Positions 9,028-19,319 of a stretch of DNA of 64,000 nt are shown here, in pieces. Made by a program: the position numbers and the translations under genes. The notes under the pieces are model-generated. The model did not search any database, was not told where the DNA came from, and was given only the letters and a program-made list of their open reading frames with translations. The stretch comes from an uncultured Lachnospiraceae bacterium (lineage in GTDB: Bacteria; Bacillota; Clostridia; Lachnospirales; Lachnospiraceae). The first letter of the stretch is position 1. Every line of letters begins with the position of its first letter. The stretch spans positions 7,091 through 71,090 of the forward strand of contig CAMQTN010000003.1 of NCBI GenBank assembly GCA_947037115.1, read 5' to 3'.

Positions 9028-10872
9028 CTAATTCTTTTTTTTCACCCAGTAGAAACCGTGTCCCGGTACTGTAAGATCCCGGAGCGTAACAGATTTACCT
9101 GTTAAAAGATCGGTGTAGGAGCCTTCTTCCTGCATCCATGCCGTTTCCTCCTGATCCGCGAAGTTAAAGATGCCGAAAAACTTATCGCCGGCCATTTCTC
9201 TGGTAATGCAGAGGATGGAGTTGTTGTGCACGTCGTAGGTGTAAACACTGGCAGAGGCGTCGAAAACCTGCTCCTGCCTCCGAATCTGTTCCAGATGGTT
9301 CAGCGCGCCAAAGATCCGTCCCTGCAGGCTTTTTTTATCTTTTCTTTTATCGGCCAGATCCCAGCGGAACTTTCCCCGGTGAACATAGCGGGAATCCGCT
9401 GCTTTGTCCGGGTCTTCCCTGTAGGAGTAGTCGTTTAACTGTCCAATCTCGTCGCCGCTGTAAAGCATAGGGATTCCGGACTGTGCCAGCATGTAGGCAT
9501 GCAGCATGATGTCCAATTTGACAGCCGCCTCCCATTTGCCTGTATCCTGTGCCGCTTCCGCGCTTTCCACGCCGCACATGGAAGCTGTCGTTCCGCAAAA
9601 CCTCGCGTCCTGTGTTACGGGATCGTCATTGTACAGCTCTCCCCGGCTGACGCTGCCGGGTATCTTTCCGGTAAAATAGTCGTTCAAAAAACGTTTGTGC
9701 GGTACTTCCCGCATTTCCCATTGATTCAGGTAAGAAAAGTCAAGTCCCCATCCGATATCGTCGTGGCAGCGCAGATAATTGAGGAAGGTATACTCGCCGG
9801 GCAGACTGTTCACGATGTCCATCTGCCTTTTCAGCAGCCGTATGTCTCGGGTTGCCACACTGTTCCAGGTGGTTGCCATGGTTGTTACATTATAGAGCAT
9901 GTGGCATTCCGGTTTTTCCAGAGTTCCGAAATAGGGCACTACCTTCTCCGGCTCCATGACCACTTCACCTAAGAGCAGTACGCTGGGGCAGACGATTTCA
10001 CCGATCATGCGCATCATGCGCACGATTGTGTGTACCTGACGCAGATTCCGGCAGCTCGTTCCCAGTTCCTTCCAGATATAGGGCACTGCATCAATACGGA
10101 TAATATCCATACCCTGATTGGCAAAAAACATGAAATTGTACATCATTTCGTTGAACACACGGGGATTGCCGTAGTTCAGATCCCACTGGTAGGGATAAAA
10201 GGTGGTCATTACATAATGGCCGATTTCAGGCAGATAGGTGAAATTTCCGGGAGCCGTGGTGGGAAACACCTGTGGCACGGTTTTTTCATACTGTGCCGGA
10301 ATATCGTAATTGTTGTAGAAAAAGTAACGGCTCATATATTCGCCGTCGCCCCCTCTTGCGCGCACTGCCCACTCATGCTCTTCGGAAGTGTGGTTCATCA
10401 CAAAATCCATACAGAGGTTTAACCCCTTTTCATGGCACACATCTGCCAGCTCGGCCAGATCCCTCATTGTGCCCAGATCCGGCCGTACTTTTCTGAAATC
10501 CGCCACGGCATAGCCGCCGTCAGAGTGCTCTTTTGGAGAATCCAGAAAAGGCATCAGATGAATATAATTTACATTGCAGTCTTCCAGATAGGAGAGCTTT
10601 TGTTTTACCCCTTTCAGATTTCCGGCAAAATTGTCGATGTAAAGCATCATGCCAAGCATATCGTTTTTCCGGAACCAGCCGGGATCCTTCTCGCGTTTTT
10701 TGTCCCTTGTTTTCAGTGGGTTCCTGCGGTCGCTGTAAAACAGATACATATTTGTGCACAGTTCCGCAAACATGGAGTCGTTATCGTAGAGTTCCATGTA
10801 AAGCCATCTCAGCTCGTCGTGATATTTTTCCAGTCGCTTTTTAAAGATTTCGTCCTTATTTGGTTTTGCCAT
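9028..10872 (-). CDS. Amylosucrase/sucrose hydrolase-like GH13 (subfamily 4-like)
   Basis: SDGGYAV, DFVMNHT, IRIDAVPYIWK (nucleophile), GEVVM (acid/base), RCHDDIGW, DSRYVHR. Confidence 0.88.
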   Translation of the reverse strand: MAKPNKDEIFKKRLEKYHDELRWLYMELYDNDSMFAELCTNMYLFYSDRRNPLKTRDKKREKDPGWFRKNDMLGMMLYIDNFAGNLKGVKQKLSYLEDCNVNYIHLMPFLDSPKEHSDGGYAVADFRKVRPDLGTMRDLAELADVCHEKGLNLCMDFVMNHTSEEHEWAVRARGGDGEYMSRYFFYNNYDIPAQYEKTVPQVFPTTAPGNFTYLPEIGHYVMTTFYPYQWDLNYGNPRVFNEMMYNFMFFANQGMDIIRIDAVPYIWKELGTSCRNLRQVHTIVRMMRMIGEIVCPSVLLLGEVVMEPEKVVPYFGTLEKPECHMLYNVTTMATTWNSVATRDIRLLKRQMDIVNSLPGEYTFLNYLRCHDDIGWGLDFSYLNQWEMREVPHKRFLNDYFTGKIPGSVSRGELYNDDPVTQDARFCGTTASMCGVESAEAAQDTGKWEAAVKLDIMLHAYMLAQSGIPMLYSGDEIGQLNDYSYREDPDKAADSRYVHRGKFRWDLADKRKDKKSLQGRIFGALNHLEQIRRQEQVFDASASVYTYDVHNNSILCITREMAGDKFFGIFNFADQEETAWMQEEGSYTDLLTGKSVTLRDLTVPGHGFYWVKKKN

Positions 10873-10920
10873 GATTCTTTTCCCCTTACTTACTACCTAT
10901 CCGTTAGGCCTTTGCTGTTT

Positions 10921-11784
10921 CTATTTTACTGCGCCGGCCACAACGCCGCCAATAATCTGTTTCTGCAATACTACATAGAGAATGAGGATTGGCAGTACGC
11001 ACAACAACAGTCCCGCCATAATCGTACCGTAGTCCGCAGAGTAAGTTCCATAGAAACTGTAGGTGGACAGCGGCAGTGTCAAAAGCTTCTTATCCGTCAG
11101 AACAAGCGACGGGAGAAGGAAGTCGTTCCAGAAAGCCAGCGAGTTTAATATCACCATTGTGGAGATGGTCGGTTTAAGCAGAGGAAGCACAATCTTAAAG
11201 AATGTCTGCGTGTGGGTGCATCCCTCCAGATAAGCGGCTTCTTCCAGCGCGATCGGTACATTTCCCTTAATGAAGCCGTGGAACATGAAAACGGACATCG
11301 CCATGGAAAATCCTGTGTGCATGAAAATCAGGGTGATTCTGTGATTTAAAACATTTAAGGTGCCGCCGTAGATGCTTACCAGCGGAATCATGATCGCCTG
11401 AAAAGGAATGATCATGGAAGCTACCATTAACGCGAAGGTTGCGCCTGAGATAACATTTTTATTCCGAACGATATAGTAAGCCAGCATGGCTGCAAGCAGC
11501 GTCACAAGGACGGTTGCACAGCAGGTTACGATCAGGGAATTTTTGAATGCGTTTAAAAAGTCCATCTGTGTGAAAGCCTTCACAAAGTTGTCAAAGGAAA
11601 GTCCTTTGATCGTATAGAGCCAGGAAAACGGGCTCTTAATGATATCCCTTTTCTGTTTCAGGGAATTGATTACTACCATAAGGAACGGAAACATATATGC
11701 GATAAAGATAATGATCAATCCGGCCATTGCCAGCGCCCTTGCCGCTTTTGCTTTCGTTCCGCCTACCTGCGTCTGATTCATCAT
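10921..11784 (-). CDS. Sugar ABC transporter permease (MalG/MsmG-like)
   Basis: EAA loop LEEAAYLEG; WNDFLLP; ATG at 11784 overlaps the upstream TGA (ATGA). Confidence 0.92.
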   Translation of the reverse strand: MMNQTQVGGTKAKAARALAMAGLIIIFIAYMFPFLMVVINSLKQKRDIIKSPFSWLYTIKGLSFDNFVKAFTQMDFLNAFKNSLIVTCCATVLVTLLAAMLAYYIVRNKNVISGATFALMVASMIIPFQAIMIPLVSIYGGTLNVLNHRITLIFMHTGFSMAMSVFMFHGFIKGNVPIALEEAAYLEGCTHTQTFFKIVLPLLKPTISTMVILNSLAFWNDFLLPSLVLTDKKLLTLPLSTYSFYGTYSADYGTIMAGLLLCVLPILILYVVLQKQIIGGVVAGAVK

Positions 11785-12653
11785 GCTTCCACCTCCTGCT
11801 TCTTGGTCAGATATACCTGAAGTCCGCTGATACATGCCACAACGATGAACAGGATCAGGGCCTCTGCCTGGCCTACGCCGAACTGTCTGGATGTAAATGC
11901 CTTCTCATACACGTGCATGGCTGCCATCTCCGTTGTTCCGTAAGGGCCTCCGGATGTCAGCGAAAGGTTTACGTCGTATACCATGAACGCTCTCGAGAGG
12001 GTCAGGAAAAGGCAGATTGTAATGGAGGACATCATGAGGGGCATAATGATGTTTTTCAGTTTTGCCCACCCTGTAGCCCCGTCAATGCTGGCCGCTTCCA
12101 TGACATCCTCACTCAGTCCCATGAAACCTGCCACATAAATCAGGATCATATAGCCGGATAACTGCCATACAGAAACCATTACCAGCGCTGCGAAGGCTTT
12201 ACTCGGATCTGACAGCCATGAAATTTCAAACAGGTTCCAGCCGGTGCTCTCACCGATATTGACAAATACTCTGGAGAAGACGAACTGCCAGATATATCCC
12301 AGCACGATACCGCCGATCAGGTTCGGAGTAAAGAAGCCGGCCCGGAAGAAATTCTGTCCCTTAATGCCTCTTGTCAACAGATATGCAATCGCGAAGGCAA
12401 TTACATTTACCAGAATGACAACCACAATTACATATTTAAAAGTCAAAAGCAGTGACGACCAGAACAGCTTATCCTGTACCACGCTTATGAAATTTGTAAA
12501 GCCGATAAAGTTCTTATCCCGTGCCACGCCGTTCCAGTCTGTGAAGGTCAGATACACACCGTAGAGAAACGGTACGATCACGACTGCAAAGAAACAGAAC
12601 ATGCCCGGCAGTGCAAAAATACAGAAATCTTTTCCTTTATTTTTCGATTCCAT
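11781..12653 (-). CDS. Sugar ABC transporter permease (MalF/MsmF-like)
   Basis: EAA loop VMEAASIDGA; GGPYGTTE; start chosen at MESKNK after GAGGG. Confidence 0.92.
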   Translation of the reverse strand: MESKNKGKDFCIFALPGMFCFFAVVIVPFLYGVYLTFTDWNGVARDKNFIGFTNFISVVQDKLFWSSLLLTFKYVIVVVILVNVIAFAIAYLLTRGIKGQNFFRAGFFTPNLIGGIVLGYIWQFVFSRVFVNIGESTGWNLFEISWLSDPSKAFAALVMVSVWQLSGYMILIYVAGFMGLSEDVMEAASIDGATGWAKLKNIIMPLMMSSITICLFLTLSRAFMVYDVNLSLTSGGPYGTTEMAAMHVYEKAFTSRQFGVGQAEALILFIVVACISGLQVYLTKKQEVEA

Positions 12654-12683
12654 TCGCTTACCCTCTTTCCTTTGATTATACAA

Positions 12684-14057
12684 TTACTGTTGTCCCCAAT
12701 ATTCTTCGATGGACTCGATCAGTTCATCCCGGTCGCTTCTGTCTGCCAGGTATTTTTGCATCGCTGCACCCAGAACTGCCCAGTGGTCGTTTGGCACAAT
12801 GGCAGATGCGTTGAAGGCCGTGCCGTTCTGTACATGTAAGTAGATATCCTTGCTCAACGGATCTTCCGGCTCGTAAGGATTGTTTGCGAAGGGCGGGATT
12901 ACATTACAGGTTTTTACCAGCATCTGCTGTCCGATTTCGCTGTACACAATCCAGTTCAGAAATTCCTTTGCCGCTGCCTTTTGGTTTTCATCTGCCACTT
13001 CACCGTCCAGCATGACCTGTTTGGAGGGGGAGCCCTGAATCATCTGGTTGGCGAAGTCGTTTTCGTCGTTATTCAGGAAGTAGGGCAGGAAACCGTATGC
13101 ATCATCATTTTTCGCGCCTGCCTCCTGAAGATTCGGCCAGGCCCAGTTTCCGTTAAACCAGAAGGCCGTCTTACCGTCCGCCAGATCAATTGCCATCTCG
13201 TCGTAGTCTGCGCCAAGGGGGTCGCCTTTTGCCACATTGTATGTTTTCAGGATATCAAAGGTATTCAGAAACTCTGTCAAACGATTGTAATTTTTCAGAT
13301 CCAGTTCACCGCTCTTGATCTGCTCAATGACTTCCTGTGCGCCCTCTGAGGTGCCGTCGGAAGTTTCGTAGATATACTGCAGCTGGTGTGCACCCAGGGA
13401 CCAGTCCTCTTTGGCCATGGAAATGGGTTTTTCAATACCCGCCGCCACAAGCCTGTCGAGAAGCGCGGTGAAATCTGCCTGTGTTTTGATGCTGGTGGGA
13501 TCGAAAGGCTCACCGAGCGCTGTTTCGATCACTGTCTGATTGTAAATAAGGCCTCTTCCCTCTATACATAAGGGGAAGCTGTACACCTTGCCGTTTACCT
13601 CTGTCAGATAATCCTCCGCTTCTTTCGTCCACTCCTCTGCGGACAAATCCTCGGCCTTCTCTTCTGCCAGTGCGATCACGTCGGTGGTGTCCAGAATGGA
13701 TAAAGTGGGCGGATTACCCGAGTTATACAGGCTTACTACCTTTGTATAAGGGGAATCTCCATCCGTGACAGGCATAACCTCCACATGAACACCTGACTTT
13801 TCTTCGAATATGACGGACATTTCTTCCAGAGCCACCTGTATTTCCGCTTTGGAGTTTAACAGGGTGATGCTGGTTCCTTTCAGACTGGAATCGTATGCAA
13901 ATGTGTCAATGGAGGTATCAATCGGTACCTTTTCCTCCACCTGGTTCGGGTCGTCAGGGTCGCTCGCAAATCCAAACCGGCATCCGGTCAGACTCGTTGC
14001 GGCAAGCGCCATCGCGAGCACCGCGGCGACTGTCTTTTTCCTTACTTTCCTTCTCAT
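12684..14057 (-). CDS. Sugar ABC transporter substrate-binding lipoprotein (MsmE-like)
   Basis: Basic N-terminus, lipobox LTGC, GKTAFWFNGNWAW; heads the permease operon. Confidence 0.9.
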   Translation of the reverse strand: MRRKVRKKTVAAVLAMALAATSLTGCRFGFASDPDDPNQVEEKVPIDTSIDTFAYDSSLKGTSITLLNSKAEIQVALEEMSVIFEEKSGVHVEVMPVTDGDSPYTKVVSLYNSGNPPTLSILDTTDVIALAEEKAEDLSAEEWTKEAEDYLTEVNGKVYSFPLCIEGRGLIYNQTVIETALGEPFDPTSIKTQADFTALLDRLVAAGIEKPISMAKEDWSLGAHQLQYIYETSDGTSEGAQEVIEQIKSGELDLKNYNRLTEFLNTFDILKTYNVAKGDPLGADYDEMAIDLADGKTAFWFNGNWAWPNLQEAGAKNDDAYGFLPYFLNNDENDFANQMIQGSPSKQVMLDGEVADENQKAAAKEFLNWIVYSEIGQQMLVKTCNVIPPFANNPYEPEDPLSKDIYLHVQNGTAFNASAIVPNDHWAVLGAAMQKYLADRSDRDELIESIEEYWGQQ

Positions 14058-14093
14058 GACGTCGTCCTCCTTCTCTTTCTTTTCTTCCTTCCT

Positions 14094-14254
14094 AAAACCG
14101 GTAAAGTAACCGGTTATTTTATGCCTCTATAGTAGCATTGGGAGAGCTGCTGTGTCAACAGAAAATCACTGTTTTTCGTATTTCTATGGATTTTATACAA
14201 TTTGAAAAAAATGATTTTATGCAAAATCTACAAAACCGGTTACTTAACCGATTA
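14094..14254. promoter_or_regulatory. Putative LacI-family operator sites in the divergent intergenic region
   Basis: aaaaccggta (14094-14103), perfect taaccggtta (14107-14116), aaccggtt (14234-14241), taaccgatta (14245-14254). Confidence 0.65.
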
Positions 14255-14397
14255 CGTATTGTTTTTCAAACAAAATATTGTTATAATCTTTGCAGGGTCG
14301 GTACCCTGTGATCAGAGAAATGCTTTGCATTTTTTTCCACACTATTTATCAATAAGGAAAGGATTACCGGAAACAGGAAATACAGGAAGAAATTACC

Positions 14398-15465
14398 ATG
14401 GGTTCTACAAACAATAATAAAAAGAAAAAAGTAACATTTGATGACATCGCCAAATATACAGGTTTTTCTAAAACAACCATTTCCCGCTATTTTAACTCCC
14501 CGGACTCGCTCACTTTAGACAATCAGGAAATCATATCAAACGCCCTTGTCGATCTGGATTATAAAGAAAACAAGGTGGCGCGGATTCTTGCCAACGGAAA
14601 GACAGAGTTTATCGGCGTTATTGTCCCGAATCTGCAAAATCATTATTATTCCGAGATGTTGAACCGGATTTTACAGACTTACGGGCGCTATGGCTATAAG
14701 TTTCTTGTTTTTGTGGGTAACGAGCAGGAGGAGACCGAGCGGCAGTACATCCAGGAGCTTCTCGCCTATAATATTGAGGGGCTGATTGTGATGAGCTTTA
14801 CGCTGCCGTCCAGGGAGCTTGCGAAACTGCCGATTCCCGTTGTGACAATCGAGCGGGAGGATCGCTATGTGTCCAGTGTCAACACGGATAATTATATGGG
14901 AGGTGTACAGGCGGCCAGCCTGCTGGCCCGGCATAACTGCGAAATTCTCATACACATAAACACCACGGACACCACACCGGAGCGGCCTGCCTATGGGCGT
15001 ATACGGGGGTTTTTGGATATCTGCGAGGAAAAGAAGCTGAACCACCGCCTGATTTATGTATCCCAGAGCGATATTTTCGAAGAGATGCAGGAAAGTCTGT
15101 ACACAGTGTTTCAGGAGCTGGATACCGTCTATTCCGGTATGAAAAAGGGAATTTTCGTTTCCGGTGATACCCGCGCCAATATCTTTTTAAACCTGTTGAT
15201 CCGAAAGTACGGTTCCCTGCCTGATGATTATCGGATAGTCGGATTCGATGATTCTCCCATTTCCCGGGAGGCGGTTATTCCCATCAGCACGGTTGGGCAG
15301 CAGATTGAAAAAATGGCTTACGAGGCGGTCAGTATCCTTGTGGAGCAGATGGAAGACCGTAAAAAGAGAAGACCGGTTCTTTCGCAGGAGCCGGTTCACA
15401 GGGTGCTTGCCCCTATTTTGATCCGGCGGGAGACTACGGAGACAGGGGAGGAGACAAAGAAGTGA
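14398..15465 (+). CDS. LacI-family transcriptional regulator
   Basis: HTH VTFDDIAKYTGFSKTTISRYFN; DNYMGG; IVGFDD; divergent from the sugar ABC operon. Confidence 0.95.
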   Translation: MGSTNNNKKKKVTFDDIAKYTGFSKTTISRYFNSPDSLTLDNQEIISNALVDLDYKENKVARILANGKTEFIGVIVPNLQNHYYSEMLNRILQTYGRYGYKFLVFVGNEQEETERQYIQELLAYNIEGLIVMSFTLPSRELAKLPIPVVTIEREDRYVSSVNTDNYMGGVQAASLLARHNCEILIHINTTDTTPERPAYGRIRGFLDICEEKKLNHRLIYVSQSDIFEEMQESLYTVFQELDTVYSGMKKGIFVSGDTRANIFLNLLIRKYGSLPDDYRIVGFDDSPISREAVIPISTVGQQIEKMAYEAVSILVEQMEDRKKRRPVLSQEPVHRVLAPILIRRETTETGEETKK

Positions 15466-15488
15466 CAGCCGTTTCGCCCTGATTTAAA

Positions 15489-15517
15489 TTGAATCTCCAT
15501 GGGCGCTGTGTTATAGT
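15489..15517 (+). promoter_or_regulatory. Sigma-A-type promoter
   Basis: TTGAAT-N17-TATAGT with extended TG. Confidence 0.5.
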
Positions 15518-15552
15518 GGAAAAAAAGAGTTGTCAGATACTGGGAGGTGTTT

Positions 15553-16512
15553 ATGAAGCTGGTAGTTTTGGAGAGAAACAGCGTAGGGACGGATATTGAT
15601 GTGAGCTGTTTTGAGAGATTTGGGGAAGTGGCGTATTATCCTAATACAGTGGCTGAGAATACGGCAGAGCGGGTGAAGGATGCGGATATTGTTATAGCGA
15701 ATAAGGCGCCCATGAATGAGAACACGCTCAAGGATGCGCCGAACGTGAAGCTGATCTGCCTGTTTGCGACCGGATTCGACAATGTGGATCTGTCGTACTG
15801 TAAGAGCCGCGGGATCAGGGTTGCAAATGTGGTGAATTACAGTACCGCAGCGGTGGTACAGCATACACTTCTGCTGGCGTTGGCGCTTGAGGAGAAGCTG
15901 GCGTTCTATGACGATTATGTGAAGTCGGAAACCTACGCAAATCAGGACCGGTTTTCAAATTTTGACAGGCCGTTCGGTGAGCTTGAAGGAAAGACGTGGG
16001 GCATTGTCGGAATGGGAAATATTGGCCGCGGAGTGGCCCGGGCTGCGCAGGCTTTGGGCTGTAAGGTGATTTTCTATTCTGCGTCCGGCAAGAGCAGCTG
16101 TACGGAGTATGAGAGAGTTGAATTTGACGAACTCCTGACACGGTCGGATATTCTGTCCCTGCATTGTCCGTTGAGCGACAGGACGAGGGGGCTTATCAAT
16201 AAAGAGGCTTTTTCCAGAATGAAAGAAACCGCCATTCTTGTCAATGTGGCGAGAGGGCCGGTAGTGGATACACAGGCTCTTTATGACGCGCTGACGGAAG
16301 GCCGGATCGCAGCGGCAGGACTTGATGTATTGGAGAAGGAGCCAATCAGCAGGGATAATCCGCTGGGCAAAATCAAGGACAGCACGAAGCTGATCATCAC
16401 GCCCCATATGGCCTGGGCGAGCACGGAGGCTAGGATGCGTCTGGTAGATGAAGTGACGAAAAACATTCAGGCGTTTCTGGACGGAGAGGAAAGGAACATT
16501 GTCAATAAATGA
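15553..16512 (+). CDS. D-2-hydroxyacid dehydrogenase (glycerate dehydrogenase/HprA-like)
   Basis: GIVGMGNIG Rossmann motif; SLHCPL; VNVARG; LDVLEKEP; ITPHMAW. Confidence 0.92.
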   Translation: MKLVVLERNSVGTDIDVSCFERFGEVAYYPNTVAENTAERVKDADIVIANKAPMNENTLKDAPNVKLICLFATGFDNVDLSYCKSRGIRVANVVNYSTAAVVQHTLLLALALEEKLAFYDDYVKSETYANQDRFSNFDRPFGELEGKTWGIVGMGNIGRGVARAAQALGCKVIFYSASGKSSCTEYERVEFDELLTRSDILSLHCPLSDRTRGLINKEAFSRMKETAILVNVARGPVVDTQALYDALTEGRIAAAGLDVLEKEPISRDNPLGKIKDSTKLIITPHMAWASTEARMRLVDEVTKNIQAFLDGEERNIVNK

Positions 16513-16597
16513 TTGAAAATCGGAATTTTCAATCGCGGGATTTGTGTTTGCTCATTGCCTGACATAAACCCGGTAATGATGGAAGGAGCGATGGAAC

Positions 16598-17899
16598 ATG
16601 GGAATTGTGATTGAAAATGCTTTGGCGGTACTGCCTGCGGGAGCGGAAGACGTAATTAAGGAGACGTCCATTTATGTGGAGGGCGACAGGATAACGGGGA
16701 TTGGCGGTCAGCCGGCGGGATTTACTGCGGACAAGGTGATAGACGGCAGGGACAAACTGGTGATTCCGGGACTAATCAACTGTCATACCCATTCCTATAT
16801 GTCATTTATGAGAAATGTGGCGGATGACCTTTCCTTTATGGACTGGCTTTTCGGTACGATCGATCCGATCGAACAGCAGATGACGGATGAGGATACTTAC
16901 TGGGGAGCGAATCTGGCGATCATCGAGATGATGAAAAGTGGAACGACCTGTTTTAACGATATGCAGATGAATATCCATCAGACTACCCGTGCGGTGAAGG
17001 AGTCCGGTATGCGTGCCGTGATCTGCCGTGGCCTTGTGGGAAGCGGTAACGATGAGGCAGGACAGTCACGTCTGCGGCAGGCCTATGAGGAGCGGGACGC
17101 AGCGGCAGACTGCGACAGGCTCACCTTTAAGCTTGGCCCCCACGCGCCTTACACCTGCGATGATGCTTTTTTGAAGATCGTGGCGGCGGAGGCCAAAAAG
17201 GAGAATATGGGAATCCACATTCACCTGTCGGAGAGTGAAAGTGAAATCGGCCAGATTCAGGAGAAATACGGCTGCACACCGATTGCGCTTGCGGAGAAAT
17301 GCGGCATATTTGATGTGCCTGCCATTGCGGCGCACTGCGTGCAGGTAACGGATGAGGATATTGATATTTTGAAGCGGAAAAATGTCAGTGTTGTGACCAA
17401 TCCTGCCAGCAACATGAAACTGGGGAACGGGTTTGCACCCATTGCAAAAATGCTGGAAAAGGGCGTAAACGTATGCCTCGGTACAGATGGGGCGGCCAGC
17501 AATAACTGCCTTAACATGTTCCATGAGCTGAGCCTGCTTACATTGATTCACAAGGGCACGGGCAGAACGCCTCAGTGCGTCAGTGCGAAAGAAGGTTTCC
17601 GGATTGCGACCATCAACGGTGCGAAGGCGCTGGGCCTGGAGAAGGAGATCGGCTCTATTGAAGTGGGAAAGAAGGCGGATCTGGCGATTCTCGATTTAAA
17701 TACACCATCGCTTACACCCAGAAATAATCTGTTAGCAGGACTGTCTTATTCCGCTAACGGATCGGAGGTCGATACCGTCATAATCAATGGGCAGATTACG
17801 ATGGAGGGACGGAAAATACTGACCATGGATGAAAAGCTGGTTTATGGAAAGATTCAGGATATTATAGTCAGGATGGGGCTGGACAAGAAAACTTACTGA
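16598..17899 (+). CDS. mtaD: 5-methylthioadenosine/S-adenosylhomocysteine deaminase (amidohydrolase)
   Basis: PGLINCHTH, GPHAPYTC, HIHLSES, NPASNMKLG, LGTDGAASNN; near ahcY. Confidence 0.8.
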   Translation: MGIVIENALAVLPAGAEDVIKETSIYVEGDRITGIGGQPAGFTADKVIDGRDKLVIPGLINCHTHSYMSFMRNVADDLSFMDWLFGTIDPIEQQMTDEDTYWGANLAIIEMMKSGTTCFNDMQMNIHQTTRAVKESGMRAVICRGLVGSGNDEAGQSRLRQAYEERDAAADCDRLTFKLGPHAPYTCDDAFLKIVAAEAKKENMGIHIHLSESESEIGQIQEKYGCTPIALAEKCGIFDVPAIAAHCVQVTDEDIDILKRKNVSVVTNPASNMKLGNGFAPIAKMLEKGVNVCLGTDGAASNNCLNMFHELSLLTLIHKGTGRTPQCVSAKEGFRIATINGAKALGLEKEIGSIEVGKKADLAILDLNTPSLTPRNNLLAGLSYSANGSEVDTVIINGQITMEGRKILTMDEKLVYGKIQDIIVRMGLDKKTY

Positions 17900-17989
17900 A
17901 TAAATATGGAAATATAATAAATTTTTTGTTATACTTTACAGGTAAGCAATGAGCAGTGCATGTATTTGTATTTTGGGGAGGGAACGGAA

Positions 17990-19222
17990 ATGCTGGCAAC
18001 ACTGATACCATTTTTTGACAAGGAAATGAAGGTTTCGGCCTATGCGCTGGCCTCACAGAAAGAGAACAGTCTTTTGAATCCGCCGATTTTCGGATCGAGC
18101 AGCCCGAACGGGCTGGCACAGATTGAAGGGCTGGATATTTTGCATAACATTGGCCTGGATACACTTTCGCCCGGGACGGATGTGCTGATCCCGGTGACTC
18201 ATATTGCGATATTTTCTGACCTTGAATCGCAGTGCGATGAGTTCCGCGGAAGGGTAGTACTTGTATTTGATGATGCGGTGGAGAACAACGACGCGTACAG
18301 AAACCGTTTTGCTGAGCTGAAAAACAAAGGCTACAGACTGGCAATATCTAAGCTTTCCGTAGATTCTTACGAGGAAAATAAGGAATTGCTGCAATTGATG
18401 GATTATGTTATTCTGGATCAGAAAGAGGTGGATCTTTCCAAGGTAAAGATTTATTTCAGGAGACAGTACCCGCAGATCAAAATATGTGTGGGGAATATTG
18501 ATAGCCAGGAAATCTTTGACAGCCTGAAAGACGACGACAGTTTTTACCGGTTTGAGGGCAAGTTCTATCGTATCCCGATTACCAAAGGCGAGACGGAGGT
18601 TTCTCCGTTAAAGATGAACTATCTGGAATTGATGAACATTGTCAACGATGCAGATTTTGAGCTGACAGAGGCGGCGGACGTCATTGGTCGCGATACTGCG
18701 CTGGTGGTGGAGCTCTTAAAGATGGTGAATCACATTGCGATCAATTCCCAGGTTACATCCATTCGTCATGCGGCTGCAATTCTGGGCCAGAGAGAGTTAA
18801 AGAAATGGATTAATACCGTGATCACAAAAGAACTTTGCGCAGACAGGCCTAACGAGGTTTCCAGAACGTCCATGCTTCGCGCGAAGTTTATGGAGTGTCT
18901 GGCACCGGTTTTTGGTCTCGGGACGAAGTCGGCGGAAGTATTTTTGATGGGACTGTTTTCCATTCTGGACATCATTCTGAATATGTCCATGGAGGAGGCT
19001 CTCAAGAAAGTTACTGTTTCCAAGGAAATCGAGGACGCATTGGTGCACAGGACAGGAGAGCTGGCGAATATTTATTCCTTTGTTGTGAGCTATGAGGCGG
19101 CGGACTGGCAGGAAATCAGCAGACAGCTTATCGTGCTCGGCGTAGACACAGATATGATTTATCAGGCGTATACGGAGACCGTCTGCTGGTATAAGGAGAT
19201 GTTTTTCGAGACCAGTGTATAA
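17990..19222 (+). CDS. Degenerate EAL + HDOD domain protein (YuxH/PdeH-like architecture)
   Basis: HDOD motifs SIRHAAAILG, RAKFME, FLMGLFSILD; N-terminal AYAL where YELL is expected. Confidence 0.8.
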   Translation: MLATLIPFFDKEMKVSAYALASQKENSLLNPPIFGSSSPNGLAQIEGLDILHNIGLDTLSPGTDVLIPVTHIAIFSDLESQCDEFRGRVVLVFDDAVENNDAYRNRFAELKNKGYRLAISKLSVDSYEENKELLQLMDYVILDQKEVDLSKVKIYFRRQYPQIKICVGNIDSQEIFDSLKDDDSFYRFEGKFYRIPITKGETEVSPLKMNYLELMNIVNDADFELTEAADVIGRDTALVVELLKMVNHIAINSQVTSIRHAAAILGQRELKKWINTVITKELCADRPNEVSRTSMLRAKFMECLAPVFGLGTKSAEVFLMGLFSILDIILNMSMEEALKKVTVSKEIEDALVHRTGELANIYSFVVSYEAADWQEISRQLIVLGVDTDMIYQAYTETVCWYKEMFFETSV

Positions 19223-19319
19223 AACCCCCGGTCTTGTAAAAATAATAAGTGATGATAGGACAGACGACCATCACTATAATAAAAATTCGGCTGATTAATT
19301 TTGAAGGAGGACACTATCA

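Noticed and set aside
19247..19274. agtgatg/catcact stem upstream of ahcY as a SAM/SAH riboswitch
   Set aside because: A single 7-bp stem with no recognisable aptamer consensus; it abuts a TATAAT that is probably the promoter.
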